From Bacteroidia bacterium (GTDB lineage Bacteria > Bacteroidota > Bacteroidia > Bacteroidales > VadinHA17): a stretch of DNA of 62,185 nucleotides. The notes below the pieces were generated by a model. That model was not told where the DNA came from. It ran no database searches and saw only the letters and a list, made by a program, of their open reading frames with translations. The DNA is taken from assembly GCA_026391215.1 (NCBI GenBank), contig JAPLDX010000040.1, positions 1-62,185 of the forward strand. The letters are read 5' to 3'. Both the position numbers and the translations under genes were made by a program. This document shows positions 31,394 to 41,810 of this stretch, one piece after another. Each line of letters begins with the position of its first letter. The stretch's first letter is position 1.

Positions 31394-31869
31394 AAACAAA
31401 AAGGCTCCCTGTTATTGAAAAAATAATTGCTGAGGAGAACATATCATCACATGCGATGCTTCTCCGGAGGCTGAAAGCAAAAGGGATAAGCTGCACACAG
31501 GCAACATTATCGCGCGACCTGAAACAAATCGGAGCAGGAAGAGTCCCCGACGGAAAGGGAGGCTACAAATATACCCTGCCGGAAAACAGCAGTAATAGTG
31601 CACAGCCTGGCTACAACAAACTGCAGGTTCTTCCGGTAATACTTGATATTGTCGATGCCAAAGGGCTCCTGGTGATCAGGACTCTCCCGGGAAATGCAAA
31701 TAACGCTGCAATATACATTGATAACACATCAAGATATGAAATCGCAGGGACCATAGCAGGCGATGACACAATACTGGTGATCCCGCGCGATGGTATTACC
31801 AATCATCAGTTGCATACATGCCTGGAGCTTATACTACCGGGGCTTCATGAACAGATCAAAAGAAAATGA
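31387..31869 (+). CDS. argR: Arginine repressor
   Basis: TQATLSRDL (wHTH), [15 protein letters not shown] (Arg-binding motif). Confidence 0.95.
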   Translation: MQKTKRLPVIEKIIAEENISSHAMLLRRLKAKGISCTQATLSRDLKQIGAGRVPDGKGGYKYTLPENSSNSAQPGYNKLQVLPVILDIVDAKGLLVIRTLPGNANNAAIYIDNTSRYEIAGTIAGDDTILVIPRDGITNHQLHTCLELILPGLHEQIKRK

Positions 31870-31907
31870 AATCGATAATGAATAATAATAAAGTAAAAAT
31901 ATTTAAG

Positions 31908-33140
31908 ATGAAAGAAAAGGTAGTGCTGGCGTACAGCGGTGGTCTGGATACTTCGGTTATTCTGAAATGGCTGATTGAAAAGAATTATGATGTAATCGCA
32001 TTTATTGCCGACGTCGGCCAGGCTGAAAATTTTGAAGAGTGCAAAAAAAAGGCATTGCATCTTGGCGCTTCTAAAGTGATAATATCTGACCTCAAAAGGG
32101 AATTTGTCGAAAATTATGTGCTTAAAGCTATCATGGCAAATGCCATCTATGAAGACAGGTACCTTCTCGGGACTGCTCTTGCAAGGCCGCTGATAGCAAG
32201 GAAACAGATTGAAGTAGCAAAGCAGGAAGGTGCCCTTGCAGTCGCTCACGGGGCAACCGGAAAAGGGAACGACCAGGTAAGATTCGAACTTTGCTATTAT
32301 GCCCTGATGCCGGGAGTAAAGGTTATATCACCCTGGAAGGACAGGGAGTTCCTTTCTCAGTTCAGGGGAAGAACAGACCTTCTGAAATATGCTGCCGAAA
32401 AACAGATTCCAGTTAAGGCAAGTATTGACAAACCTTACAGCGAGGATGATAACCTGATGCATATAAGCCATGAGGCCGGTGTTCTTGAAGATCCCATGTA
32501 CACTCTTCAGAAAAGCATGCTCCAAAAAATGGTTATGCCACAGGATGCTCCGGATGCTGAAACCCGGATCGTTATTCATTTCAAGGACGGCAGGCCGGTA
32601 AAGCTGATTAACAAGGAAGATGGCACCGTTAAGGATGATCCGTACGAATTGTATGTTTACCTGAACGATATAGCCGGAAAAAATGGAATAGGGCTGCTCG
32701 ATATGGTCGAAAACAGGTTCGTCGGCATCAAATCAAGGGGTGTTTATGAGACTCCTGCTGCAACTGTTCTTCATATAGCACATAAGGATATAGAGGGAAT
32801 TGCAATGGATAGGGAGGTGATGAGACTTGTCAACATGCTGACTCCTAAATTTGCTGAGATCATTTACAACGGATTCTGGTTCAGTCCTGAGATGGATTTT
32901 CTGATGGCTGCAATTGAAAAGAGCCAGGAGCTTATTGATGGAAGCGTACATCTATGCCTGTACAAGGGAAATGTGATAATTGAAGGCCGCGAATCACCCT
33001 CTTCATTATATAATAAGAAGTTGTCAAGCATGGATATTGAAGGCGGATTTGACCAGACTGACAGTAAGGGATTTATTAAAATCAACGCAATACGGCTTAT
33101 GGCTCACAGGGCAATAGTTGAGCAGAGTCAGAAAAAATAA
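31908..33140 (+). CDS. argG: Argininosuccinate synthase
   Basis: [54 protein letters not shown] at 31908. Confidence 0.97.
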   Translation: MKEKVVLAYSGGLDTSVILKWLIEKNYDVIAFIADVGQAENFEECKKKALHLGASKVIISDLKREFVENYVLKAIMANAIYEDRYLLGTALARPLIARKQIEVAKQEGALAVAHGATGKGNDQVRFELCYYALMPGVKVISPWKDREFLSQFRGRTDLLKYAAEKQIPVKASIDKPYSEDDNLMHISHEAGVLEDPMYTLQKSMLQKMVMPQDAPDAETRIVIHFKDGRPVKLINKEDGTVKDDPYELYVYLNDIAGKNGIGLLDMVENRFVGIKSRGVYETPAATVLHIAHKDIEGIAMDREVMRLVNMLTPKFAEIIYNGFWFSPEMDFLMAAIEKSQELIDGSVHLCLYKGNVIIEGRESPSSLYNKKLSSMDIEGGFDQTDSKGFIKINAIRLMAHRAIVEQSQKK

Positions 33141-33146
33141 AAAGAT

Positions 33147-34487
33147 ATGAAACTCTGGGAAAAAGGAATTAATCCCGAACCTGCAATTATAGAGTTCACT
33201 GCAGGAAGGGACAGGAAGACAGATCTGCATCTCACAAAGTGGGATATAATCGGATCAATGGCTCATGTAATAATGCTGAATGACGTCGGGTTAATTGAGA
33301 ACAACGAAAAGAATGATCTCCTGAAAGCCCTTCATTCCCTTTTTGTATTGGATGAAAAAGGGACTCTTGTTATTGAAAATGATGTGGAAGACATTCATTC
33401 CCAGATTGAAAAGGAGATGGCATCAATCCTTGGAACAACCGGGAAGAAGATCCATACCGGAAGGTCAAGGAACGACCAGGTTCTTGTTGACATAAGGCTA
33501 TATACGAGGGAGGAAATTGACCGTCTTTCAGTCATAATTGGAAAACTATTCAACAGGCTGCAGGAATTGAGCGAACAATATAAGGAAGTACTTCTACCGG
33601 GTTATACGCATATGCAGCCGGCAATGTTATCATCATTCGGACTCTGGTTTGGTGCCTATGCTGAATCCCTGACTGATGACATACTCCTTCTGGCTGAGGC
33701 AAGGAACCTTAATAACAGGAATCCGCTCGGAACAGCTGCCGGCTTTGGGACAACTCTCCCCCTTAACAGGAAGCTGACCTCTGAACTGCTGGAATTTGAT
33801 GATCTTCTTTATAATTCTGCCTATGCCAGCCTGAGCAGGGGCAAAGTAGAACTTGCAATAGCATCATCCCTGGCCTCGCTGGCTCAGACACTTTCAAGGT
33901 TCTCAATGGATATATGCCTTTATATGAGCTCTGAATTCCGGTTCATTGATTTCCCGGATGAATATGTTACCGGATCAAGCATAATGCCCCAGAAGAGAAA
34001 TCCTGATGTATTTGAACTTATCAGAGGACGTTCGAATATAATCCAGACCCTGCCCGGGCAAATTGCCATGCTGACCTCTAACCTGCCATCTGGATACAAT
34101 CGTGACCTTCAGCTTCTCAAACAACTTATTTTTGATGCATTCGCCGATCTTCAGGAGTCGGTAGAAATAATGATGTTAATGCTGAGGAATATAAGGATCA
34201 GAAAAAACATAACAGAAAATCCTTTATATAACACGATATTCAGCACTGAAGAGGTTAACAGGCTTGTAAAAGAAGGAATTCCTTTCAGGGACGCTTATAA
34301 AGCAGTGGCGGAAATGGTTAAAAACTCCTCATTTTCAAGGACATCTGTCTCTGATTACATTCACGAAGGCAGCATAGGGAATCTGTGCAACAAGGAAATA
34401 GCAGAGATTTTCAATGAGAGGATGAAATGTTTTAAGAACAGGTCGGCTGAAAATCTTGCGAAAAAAATGATGGGGCACGTGGGCTAG
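33147..34487 (+). CDS. argH: Argininosuccinate lyase
   Basis: EDIHS, HTGRSRNDQV, PGYTHMQ, GSSIMPQKRNPD, LPSGYNRDLQ, PFRDAY. Confidence 0.96.
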   Translation: MKLWEKGINPEPAIIEFTAGRDRKTDLHLTKWDIIGSMAHVIMLNDVGLIENNEKNDLLKALHSLFVLDEKGTLVIENDVEDIHSQIEKEMASILGTTGKKIHTGRSRNDQVLVDIRLYTREEIDRLSVIIGKLFNRLQELSEQYKEVLLPGYTHMQPAMLSSFGLWFGAYAESLTDDILLLAEARNLNNRNPLGTAAGFGTTLPLNRKLTSELLEFDDLLYNSAYASLSRGKVELAIASSLASLAQTLSRFSMDICLYMSSEFRFIDFPDEYVTGSSIMPQKRNPDVFELIRGRSNIIQTLPGQIAMLTSNLPSGYNRDLQLLKQLIFDAFADLQESVEIMMLMLRNIRIRKNITENPLYNTIFSTEEVNRLVKEGIPFRDAYKAVAEMVKNSSFSRTSVSDYIHEGSIGNLCNKEIAEIFNERMKCFKNRSAENLAKKMMGHVG

Positions 34488-34489
34488 TC

Positions 34490-34635
34490 ACATGTACCCA
34501 TCCCCCAATTCTTCGCTTCACTCAGAATTTTCCCCCTTCCCTGCTTCGCAAGGAAGGGGGCTATATAATTGAATATTAATTAGTTTCCCCCTCCTTGCTT
34601 CAGCAGGGAGGGGGATTAAGGGGGTGGGTACGTGT
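34490..34635. repeat. C/G-tract REP-like doublet, copy B (between convergent argH and carA)
   Basis: Reverse orientation of copy A (terminal 33 nt match with 1 mismatch), hairpins at 34532-34560 and 34587-34614, extra insert at about 34507-34529. Confidence 0.9.
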
Positions 34636-34651
34636 AGATAAAAATGGGTGA

Positions 34652-35731
34652 TTAAAGGTATTTTTTTATATTCTCAATAAACTCATCAAAAAGATAATCG
34701 GTATCCGTCGGTCCTCCTGAAGCCTCAGGGTGAAACTGCGTTGAGAAGAATGGTTTAGTCTTATGTTTCATACCCTCATTGGTCCGGTCGTTTATGTTAA
34801 TAAACAAGGGATCCCAATCCTCGCCGAGGGTTTTATTGTCAACAGCAAAGCCATGATTTTGTGATGTGATGTAAGCCTTGTTGGTCCCTGCCTTGATAAC
34901 AGGCTGATTATGGCTTCTGTGACCATATTTCAGCTTATAGGTATCTGCCCCGGAGGCAAGCGCCATAAGCTGGTTCCCAAGGCATATTCCGAATACAGGC
35001 ACTTCTTTATCAAAAGATCTGCTGATATTCTTGATAGTAGCTTTACACATTTTAGGATCACCAGGGCCGTTTGAAAGAAAAAGCCCATCATACTCTTCCT
35101 TGTGGTAGTCGTAATCCCACGGAACCCTGATTATTGTTGTATCACGCTTCAATAAGTTCCTGATAATGTTGTATTTGACGCCACAGTCTACCAAAATGAT
35201 CCTGTATTTCCCGGAACCATAGATTTTTTTCTCATGTGTGCTTACCTCGGCAACAAGATTCACCTTGTTCGGATCATAAAAAGAGATCTCTGTTCCTTCA
35301 GGTTCAATTTTGCCAAGCATTGCACCTTTTTCGCGGATCCTTTTTGTCAGCGCCCTGGTATCTATACCGAATATCCCTGGAACATTGTTCCTTGAAAGCC
35401 AGTCATCAAGACTTTCTGAAGCATTCCAGTGGCTGTATTCAAAGGAATAATCAGACACTATCAGTCCTGAAATATGAATTGACGATGATTCATAAAACCT
35501 ATACAGATCATTCTCTTCACTTTTTACGGGAGCTCCGTAATTACCTACCAGCGGGTAGGTGAGGCACAGGATCTGTCCGTGGTATGAAGGATCGGTCAGA
35601 CTTTCAGGATAGCCGGTCATGGCAGTATTGAAAACAACCTCTCCTGCAGCAGCTACGGGTGCTCCGAACGATCTGCCACAAAAAACAGAACCATCCTCAA
35701 GTACCAGTCTTACTTTTATTCTTTCATTCAC
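34652..35731 (-). CDS. carA: Carbamoyl-phosphate synthase small subunit
   Basis: GEVVFNTAMTGY, TDPSY, IDTRALT, LSNGPGDP, FGICLG, SQNHGF, QFHPE. GTG start. Confidence 0.96.
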   Translation of the reverse strand: MNERIKVRLVLEDGSVFCGRSFGAPVAAAGEVVFNTAMTGYPESLTDPSYHGQILCLTYPLVGNYGAPVKSEENDLYRFYESSSIHISGLIVSDYSFEYSHWNASESLDDWLSRNNVPGIFGIDTRALTKRIREKGAMLGKIEPEGTEISFYDPNKVNLVAEVSTHEKKIYGSGKYRIILVDCGVKYNIIRNLLKRDTTIIRVPWDYDYHKEEYDGLFLSNGPGDPKMCKATIKNISRSFDKEVPVFGICLGNQLMALASGADTYKLKYGHRSHNQPVIKAGTNKAYITSQNHGFAVDNKTLGEDWDPLFININDRTNEGMKHKTKPFFSTQFHPEASGGPTDTDYLFDEFIENIKKYL

Positions 35732-35745
35732 AGGGCAACTGCTTT

Positions 35746-36921
35746 TTATCTTATTGCAGCAACAGCTTTTTCAATTTGTTCAAGTGCCTTAATGACTACC
35801 TGGTGCGTTGTACCAAGATTCATTCTCATGAATCCTTCTCCGCCCGGCCCAAATGTGGAACCTTCATTCATACCTATACCCGCCTTCTCAATGAAAAAAC
35901 CCTGAAGCTCTTTTCCCGTCATTCCGAATTTGCGGCAGTCAAGCCAGATCATATATGTCGCTTCAGGCTGAACAGGCACTATCTCAGGAATAAGTTCCCT
36001 GCAATATTTCCTGACAATCTCAACATTCTGATCAATGTAATCCAATAAGGCATTAAGCCATTCATGGCCTTCAGAATATGCTGCTGTTGAAGCAATTGTT
36101 CCAAAGATATTGCCATCACCGATATGCAGGCTTTCTATTTTCTTGTTGAAGTATTTGCGCAGAACAGGATTGGAAATTATCACTGATGCCGTTGCCAGTC
36201 CTGCAAGATTGAAAGTTTTGCTTGGTGCAATGCATGTCACTGTTATATTGGCTATTTTTTCAGATAATTTTGCTATTGGTGTATGATAAAATCCCGGCAA
36301 TACCAGATCGCAGTGAATTTCATCTGATAATATAATTATCTCTTTTTCAAGACAGATTTCAGCTAGTTTTGAAAGTTCTTCATGAGACCAGACTCTTCCG
36401 ACAGGATTATGAGGATTGGAAATAATGATCATTTTTGTTGTTCCGTCAATTGCTGAAATCAGTAAATCAAGATCCATTTCCCATTTCCCATTTTTTTCGA
36501 TAAGCTGGTTATATACAAGGTTGCGGCCATGGCTTTCAACTGCAGAAAAGAACGGGAAATAGACAGGAGGCTGAACTATTATCTTATCACCGGGACGTGT
36601 AAACGAAAGCGTACAGACATTTAATGCAGGAACAATTCCCGGACAAAAGCAGATCCATTCTTTTTCAATTTCCCAGTTATGCCTTGATTTGAGCCACCTT
36701 AAAATAGAATTATAATAATCCGCCGGACGGAAAGAATATCCGAAGATCTCATGATTGACACGATTTCTGAGTTTATCGACAATAAAGCCGGGTGTCCTGA
36801 AATCCATATCGGCTACCCACATCGGGATTACGTTTTCTCTGCCGAATATTTCTTCTATCAAGTCAAACTTAATACAATAAGTACCCGCTCTTTTGACTTC
36901 CTCATCAAAATTCCATCTCAT
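35746..36921 (-). CDS. MalY/PatB family PLP-dependent C-S lyase
   Basis: PMWVADMDF, NPHNPVG, SDEIH, APSKTFNLAG, EATYMIWLD. Confidence 0.9.
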   Translation of the reverse strand: MRWNFDEEVKRAGTYCIKFDLIEEIFGRENVIPMWVADMDFRTPGFIVDKLRNRVNHEIFGYSFRPADYYNSILRWLKSRHNWEIEKEWICFCPGIVPALNVCTLSFTRPGDKIIVQPPVYFPFFSAVESHGRNLVYNQLIEKNGKWEMDLDLLISAIDGTTKMIIISNPHNPVGRVWSHEELSKLAEICLEKEIIILSDEIHCDLVLPGFYHTPIAKLSEKIANITVTCIAPSKTFNLAGLATASVIISNPVLRKYFNKKIESLHIGDGNIFGTIASTAAYSEGHEWLNALLDYIDQNVEIVRKYCRELIPEIVPVQPEATYMIWLDCRKFGMTGKELQGFFIEKAGIGMNEGSTFGPGGEGFMRMNLGTTHQVVIKALEQIEKAVAAIR

Positions 36922-36946
36922 CTGAAATGGTTTAAATTCAGAGGGT

Positions 36947-36954
36947 CAAAGATA
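36947..36954 (-). promoter_or_regulatory. Bacteroidota -7 box for the patB-carA unit
   Basis: CAAAGATA on the plus strand = TATCTTTG. Confidence 0.55.
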
Positions 36955-37038
36955 ATTAAAATGAGGATATGGTTTATTTAATATTTTTACTACTTTTATG
37001 CATGGTTTTGATTATTGTTATTAATTAATGTTAGCTAT

Positions 37039-37851
37039 ATGAAAAGGATTATCGCAGTATTCATGCTTCCAATAGTTTTAACTGGCCTGACATGTATAAC
37101 TTCATGCAAAGGCAAGAATAAAGAACAGAAGAAGGTTGAGCTTGACCAGATTCAAACGGTTGAGAATGAGATGACATCGAATGTGGATTCTTTACCATCC
37201 TCAGCTGAAGTAATAAAGATGCTTACCGACCTTGAAGTCGGTTATATTTTCGGGATTTCCAATCCTGTTGAAAATACCAAAAAATATTTCAGCAGCAGCG
37301 CCAGGGCCATCAATATGGGAGTATACGGAGGAGACTTAAGCTATGCTACAATATATAATATTCAGCAGGAAGTTCTCAATTATATGAGTGCTATACAGAG
37401 TCTTGCCGCTGAACTCAATATGTCTCAGATCTATGATGAAACACTTTATGACAAGATCAAACAGAATTTTGATTACAGGGATAAGCTTGTGGAGATTCTG
37501 TCAGATGCATTTGACAAAACATATTCATATCTACGGAATAATGACCAGCAGCCTCTGGCCCTCCTGGTAATCGGAGGAGCATGGGTGGAAGGAATGTACA
37601 TAACAACCCATGTATCTGAAGCAGCATACCAGGTGGCAGGTATCTCAAAGAACCTGATTGAACAGAAAAAATCATTTGAGCTTTATCTCGAAATAGCGAA
37701 GCCATATGAAAATGATCCCCTTGTGGGAGATTTTATCAAAATACTGGATCCTATAAAGAAAGTATATGAAGGCTTAACTACAAGCCTTACCGAAAAGAAC
37801 ATCCAGGATATCACGAAAGCTATTGAAGAGGTTAGAACCCAGATAATTTAA
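37039..37851 (+). CDS. Conserved hypothetical lipoprotein
   Basis: ATG at 37039, lipobox-like ITSC, motifs AINMGVYGGDLSY and GGAWVEGMYI. Confidence 0.75.
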   Translation: MKRIIAVFMLPIVLTGLTCITSCKGKNKEQKKVELDQIQTVENEMTSNVDSLPSSAEVIKMLTDLEVGYIFGISNPVENTKKYFSSSARAINMGVYGGDLSYATIYNIQQEVLNYMSAIQSLAAELNMSQIYDETLYDKIKQNFDYRDKLVEILSDAFDKTYSYLRNNDQQPLALLVIGGAWVEGMYITTHVSEAAYQVAGISKNLIEQKKSFELYLEIAKPYENDPLVGDFIKILDPIKKVYEGLTTSLTEKNIQDITKAIEEVRTQII

Positions 37852-37868
37852 TTGAATGTTAATTCTTT

Positions 37869-37900
37869 GGCCGCAAAGCATCTTCCTTTGCGGTCTTTTC
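37869..37900 (+). terminator. Intrinsic terminator-like hairpin
   Basis: GGCCGCAAAG-catcttc-CTTTGCGGTC followed by TTTT. Confidence 0.6.
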
Positions 37901-37916
37901 TTTAGTTAATGTCTTT

Positions 37917-40900
37917 ATGAGGGAATCAGTATTATTAGCTCTGATACATATTTTTGCTATTGTCTCGACAGTCAATCCGGCTGGTATAACGTCGCGAGGC
38001 AAAAAGATCCTGCGCAGCTACCTAAGGAGATATCTGAACAGAGAGCTTGAAGAAGAATATTATGCCCTTTTTGAAAACAATCTTGAATTTTATTCGAATG
38101 AATTAAAGAGCGTCGACAAAGCTGAACTGGCCGATGAGGATTCCCTGATATCATTCCAGATTACCAACATATGCAGGCAGATAAAGAAAGGATTGTTTCT
38201 TGAGGAGAGGATGATAGTTTTCCTTCAGCTTATCGAGTTTGCTTTCGAGGATGGAATGCTGACCGATCAGGAGCAGACCATTATTGAAATTGTTGCAAGA
38301 ACTTTTAATATTCCCAAAAAAGAATTTGATAACGCTTCTGCTTTCATGATTGGCAGGACATTCGATGAAATAACTCCCGATAGTGTCCTGCTTATTGAAA
38401 GTGATAATCCGGAATATTCGGACGCAGGGATCTATAAGAATTATGACAAATGGCGCCATATAAGGATAAAAGGCTTCAGGGGGCATATGGTAATTCTTCA
38501 TGTTGAAAGCACCGGGACCCTGCTGCTTACTTATGACGGTCCGCTGGCCCTCTATATTAAAAGCAGGGATATAATAGCATGCCGGCCATATCTTTTGGAA
38601 AGGGGAGTGAATATAAAAGGTCAGGGTATAGAACCTGTTTACTATTCAAAGATATACAAGAAGTTTGTCTCACTAAAATTCCCTGAGAAGGTTGTCTTTG
38701 AAGGACATAATATTGAATACCTGTTCAAAAACTCTGATAATGGGGTCAGAAAAATGAATTTCAGGGTTGAATCGGGGAATCTGATCGGTATAATGGGAGG
38801 GAGCGGCGTTGGCAAGACAACAATGCTGAAACTGCTTCATGGAAAAATAAAACCTACAACAGGAAACCTGTATATAAACGGATATGATATTTATTCCGAA
38901 TCGGGGGAGATTAAAGGATTGATCGGCTATGTTCCCCAGGATGACATGCTGATCGAAGAGCTGACAGTCTATCAGAATCTTTATTTCAATGCCAGGTTGT
39001 GCTTTGGCGATTATACTGAGGAACAGCTTTACCGGACGGTTGACAAAGTCCTCACGGACCTTGATCTCTACGAGATTAAAGATCTGCAGGTGGGTGATAT
39101 TCTGAATAAGAAGGTAAGCGGAGGCCAGAGAAAAAGGCTTAATATCGGACTCGAGCTGATGCGCGAGCCAGTGGTATTGTTTATTGATGAACCTACATCA
39201 GGATTGTCTTCGTTCGATTCAGAAATGGTGATGAACCTGATAAAAAACCAGTCATTGAGCGGCAAGCTCGTATTTGCCATCATACACCAGCCTTCTTCGG
39301 ATATACTTAAAATGTTTGACAAACTCTGGATCCTTGATAAGGGCGGATATATGATTTATGATGGTGATCCGGTAGAAGCCCTGGTTTATTTTCAAACGGA
39401 GACTTCCCAGGCAAATGCCGCTGAAAGTGAATGCCCCTCCTGTGGAAATATCAAGACAGACAATATACTTGACATCATTGAAGTAAGGGTTATTGATAAT
39501 GCCGGTTATCCGGGAAAAGAAAGACAGGTAAGTCCCGGCGAATGGAATGAAAAGTACAGGAAAAAGATGATGCCTGCCATCGACGGCCAACCTGAAAAAT
39601 TGCCTGTTACAACTGGCAGCTTCAGGGTTCCGTCCAGATCGGTCCAGGTAAGGACTTTTATTAAGCGCAATGTTCTCCGCAAGCTGGCCGACACCCAATA
39701 TATGATCATAAATCTGCTTGAGGCTCCTCTTCTTGCATTGATACTGGCTTATATATCAAAATACAGTGAAGGCGGAACATACTTGTTTTCAACCAACAAA
39801 AACTACCCTGTTTTCCTGTTCATGTCAATCATTGTTGCCCTCTTTCTCGGACTTACTGTCAGCGCAGAGGAAATATTCCGGGACAGGAAAATAACTGAAA
39901 GAGAGAAATTCCTTAGCTTGAGCAGACTGAGTTATCTTCTGTCAAAGATCAGTTTTCTCTTTGCTCTGTCTGCAATCCAGTCCCTGTCATTTATAATTGT
40001 TGCCAATGCAGTGCTTGAAGTCAGGGGAATGTTGTTTCAGCAATGGCTGATCCTTTTTTCAACTGCCTGTTTCGCCAACCTTGTCGGGCTTAATATATCT
40101 GCCGGGATGAGGACAGCAGTAAGTATCTATATCCTGATACCGCTGATTCTTGTACCCCAACTGCTGCTTGGAGGTGCAATGATTAAATTTGATGATCTTC
40201 ACAAATCGTTAAGCAGGAAAATATATGTTCCCGTGATAGGCGATATAATGGCAACCAGGTGGGCTTATGAAGCTATAAGCGTGGAGCAGTTCAGGAGCAA
40301 TAAATTTGAGAAGCCTTTCTTTAAATTTGATATGGAACTCAGCCAGAACGACTGGTATGCTTCATTTCTGATACCTACCCTCAGGGTAAAAGTCAATGAA
40401 TGTGTTGTTGCCGGGAAGGATCCTGATTACCTGGATTATTCAGAAAACAATTTCAAAAAGATCAATTACCATTTCAGAGAGCTTGCTGAAATCTCAGGAC
40501 TGGAACCGGGAAAATGGTTCAGCAGCATGAATTATTCAAAATTCAATGAGATAATCGGCGATGATGCAAAACTCTATCTGGACAGTCTGAAAATTTTGTT
40601 AAGACTGAAAAACAAGGGAATATCCCTTCAGCGTGATTCTTTATACTCAGTGAAAACTGAACAGATGGGACATGAAGAGTTTGTCAGGACAAGGGAGAGG
40701 GATTATAATGAAAGTCTGGCTGATATTATGCTTAACAGGCTCACTACAAATAAGATATACGAGACCGAAAGCAAGCTGATCCAGAAAGCAGATCCGGTTT
40801 ATATGAAGCCAGGTTCAAAATACGGGCGTGCGCACTTTTTTGCCCCATATAAGATGTTGGGAAATCTGAAGATTGGAACCCTGGTCTTTAATGTCGCTGC

Positions 40901-41030
40901 AATCTGGATCATGACCATCTTTCTCTTCATAGCTTTATATTATAATGCCCTTAAGCGTTTCAATTTGTTCCTTGAAACCCAGCGATTTCCTCTCTGGAGA
41001 AAATTCGGGAGAGAACTGCTTCAGATCTGA
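37917..41030 (+). CDS. ABCG/White-like fused ABC transporter (NBD + ABC-2 TMD) with N-terminal TerB-like region
   Basis: GGSGVGKTT, GYVPQDD, VSGGQRKR, IDEPTSGL, IIHQPS; TMD from about aa 600; N-terminal FAFEDGMLTDQEQ..VARTFNI resembles a TerB helix motif. Confidence 0.8.
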   Translation: MRESVLLALIHIFAIVSTVNPAGITSRGKKILRSYLRRYLNRELEEEYYALFENNLEFYSNELKSVDKAELADEDSLISFQITNICRQIKKGLFLEERMIVFLQLIEFAFEDGMLTDQEQTIIEIVARTFNIPKKEFDNASAFMIGRTFDEITPDSVLLIESDNPEYSDAGIYKNYDKWRHIRIKGFRGHMVILHVESTGTLLLTYDGPLALYIKSRDIIACRPYLLERGVNIKGQGIEPVYYSKIYKKFVSLKFPEKVVFEGHNIEYLFKNSDNGVRKMNFRVESGNLIGIMGGSGVGKTTMLKLLHGKIKPTTGNLYINGYDIYSESGEIKGLIGYVPQDDMLIEELTVYQNLYFNARLCFGDYTEEQLYRTVDKVLTDLDLYEIKDLQVGDILNKKVSGGQRKRLNIGLELMREPVVLFIDEPTSGLSSFDSEMVMNLIKNQSLSGKLVFAIIHQPSSDILKMFDKLWILDKGGYMIYDGDPVEALVYFQTETSQANAAESECPSCGNIKTDNILDIIEVRVIDNAGYPGKERQVSPGEWNEKYRKKMMPAIDGQPEKLPVTTGSFRVPSRSVQVRTFIKRNVLRKLADTQYMIINLLEAPLLALILAYISKYSEGGTYLFSTNKNYPVFLFMSIIVALFLGLTVSAEEIFRDRKITEREKFLSLSRLSYLLSKISFLFALSAIQSLSFIIVANAVLEVRGMLFQQWLILFSTACFANLVGLNISAGMRTAVSIYILIPLILVPQLLLGGAMIKFDDLHKSLSRKIYVPVIGDIMATRWAYEAISVEQFRSNKFEKPFFKFDMELSQNDWYASFLIPTLRVKVNECVVAGKDPDYLDYSENNFKKINYHFRELAEISGLEPGKWFSSMNYSKFNEIIGDDAKLYLDSLKILLRLKNKGISLQRDSLYSVKTEQMGHEEFVRTRERDYNESLADIMLNRLTTNKIYETESKLIQKADPVYMKPGSKYGRAHFFAPYKMLGNLKIGTLVFNVAAIWIMTIFLFIALYYNALKRFNLFLETQRFPLWRKFGRELLQI

Positions 41031-41033
41031 AAA

Positions 41034-41810
41034 ATGGTAAGGCCAAAGAAAAATCTTGGACAGCATTTTCTCAAAGACAGGGATATTGCCGCGAAAATAG
41101 CCGGTACGCTGACAGGCTCAGGCTATAATTCTGTTCTTGAAATAGGCCCGGGAACGGGGATATTGACAGGATTCCTTATTGAAAGACAATTTCCTGACTT
41201 CAGAGTTATTGAAATAGACAATGAATCGGTTTATTATCTGAAAAAGAACTTTCCCGGACTGAAACAAATTATCAGGGGAGATTTTCTTGTAATGGATATT
41301 GATGAATATTTCCCCGATAAGCTGGGCATAATAGGTAATTTCCCCTACAATATTTCTTCCCAGATCCTTTTTAAGGTGCTCAATAACAGGGATAAGGTCA
41401 TTGAGATATGCGGGATGCTCCAGAAGGAAGTTGCCGAAAGGATATGTTCCTCTCCGGGATCAAAAACGTACGGGATATTGAGTGTTCTGCTCCAGGCTTT
41501 TTATACAGCAGAGTACCTGTTTACTGTGCCAGAATATGTTTTTTCTCCTCCCCCTAAAGTAAAATCCGGAGTGATCAGGCTGAAAAGAAACCAGGTAAAG
41601 AGTCTCGGATGTGACGAATCCCTTTTTGTCAGGGTGGTCAAAGCCAGCTTTAACCAGAGGAGGAAAACACTGAGGAACTCTGTAAAAGCAGTTTTTAACC
41701 TGAAGAGGGAAGATTATAAAGATTTCGGATTAAGGCCAGAACAGTTATCTGTGGAAAAGTTTATTGAACTTACCAACTGGATTGATGAAAACAGGATTCT
41801 ATCCGAATGA
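41034..41810 (+). CDS. rsmA: 16S rRNA m6(2)A1518/1519 dimethyltransferase
   Basis: [52 protein letters not shown]. Confidence 0.96.
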   Translation: MVRPKKNLGQHFLKDRDIAAKIAGTLTGSGYNSVLEIGPGTGILTGFLIERQFPDFRVIEIDNESVYYLKKNFPGLKQIIRGDFLVMDIDEYFPDKLGIIGNFPYNISSQILFKVLNNRDKVIEICGMLQKEVAERICSSPGSKTYGILSVLLQAFYTAEYLFTVPEYVFSPPPKVKSGVIRLKRNQVKSLGCDESLFVRVVKASFNQRRKTLRNSVKAVFNLKREDYKDFGLRPEQLSVEKFIELTNWIDENRILSE

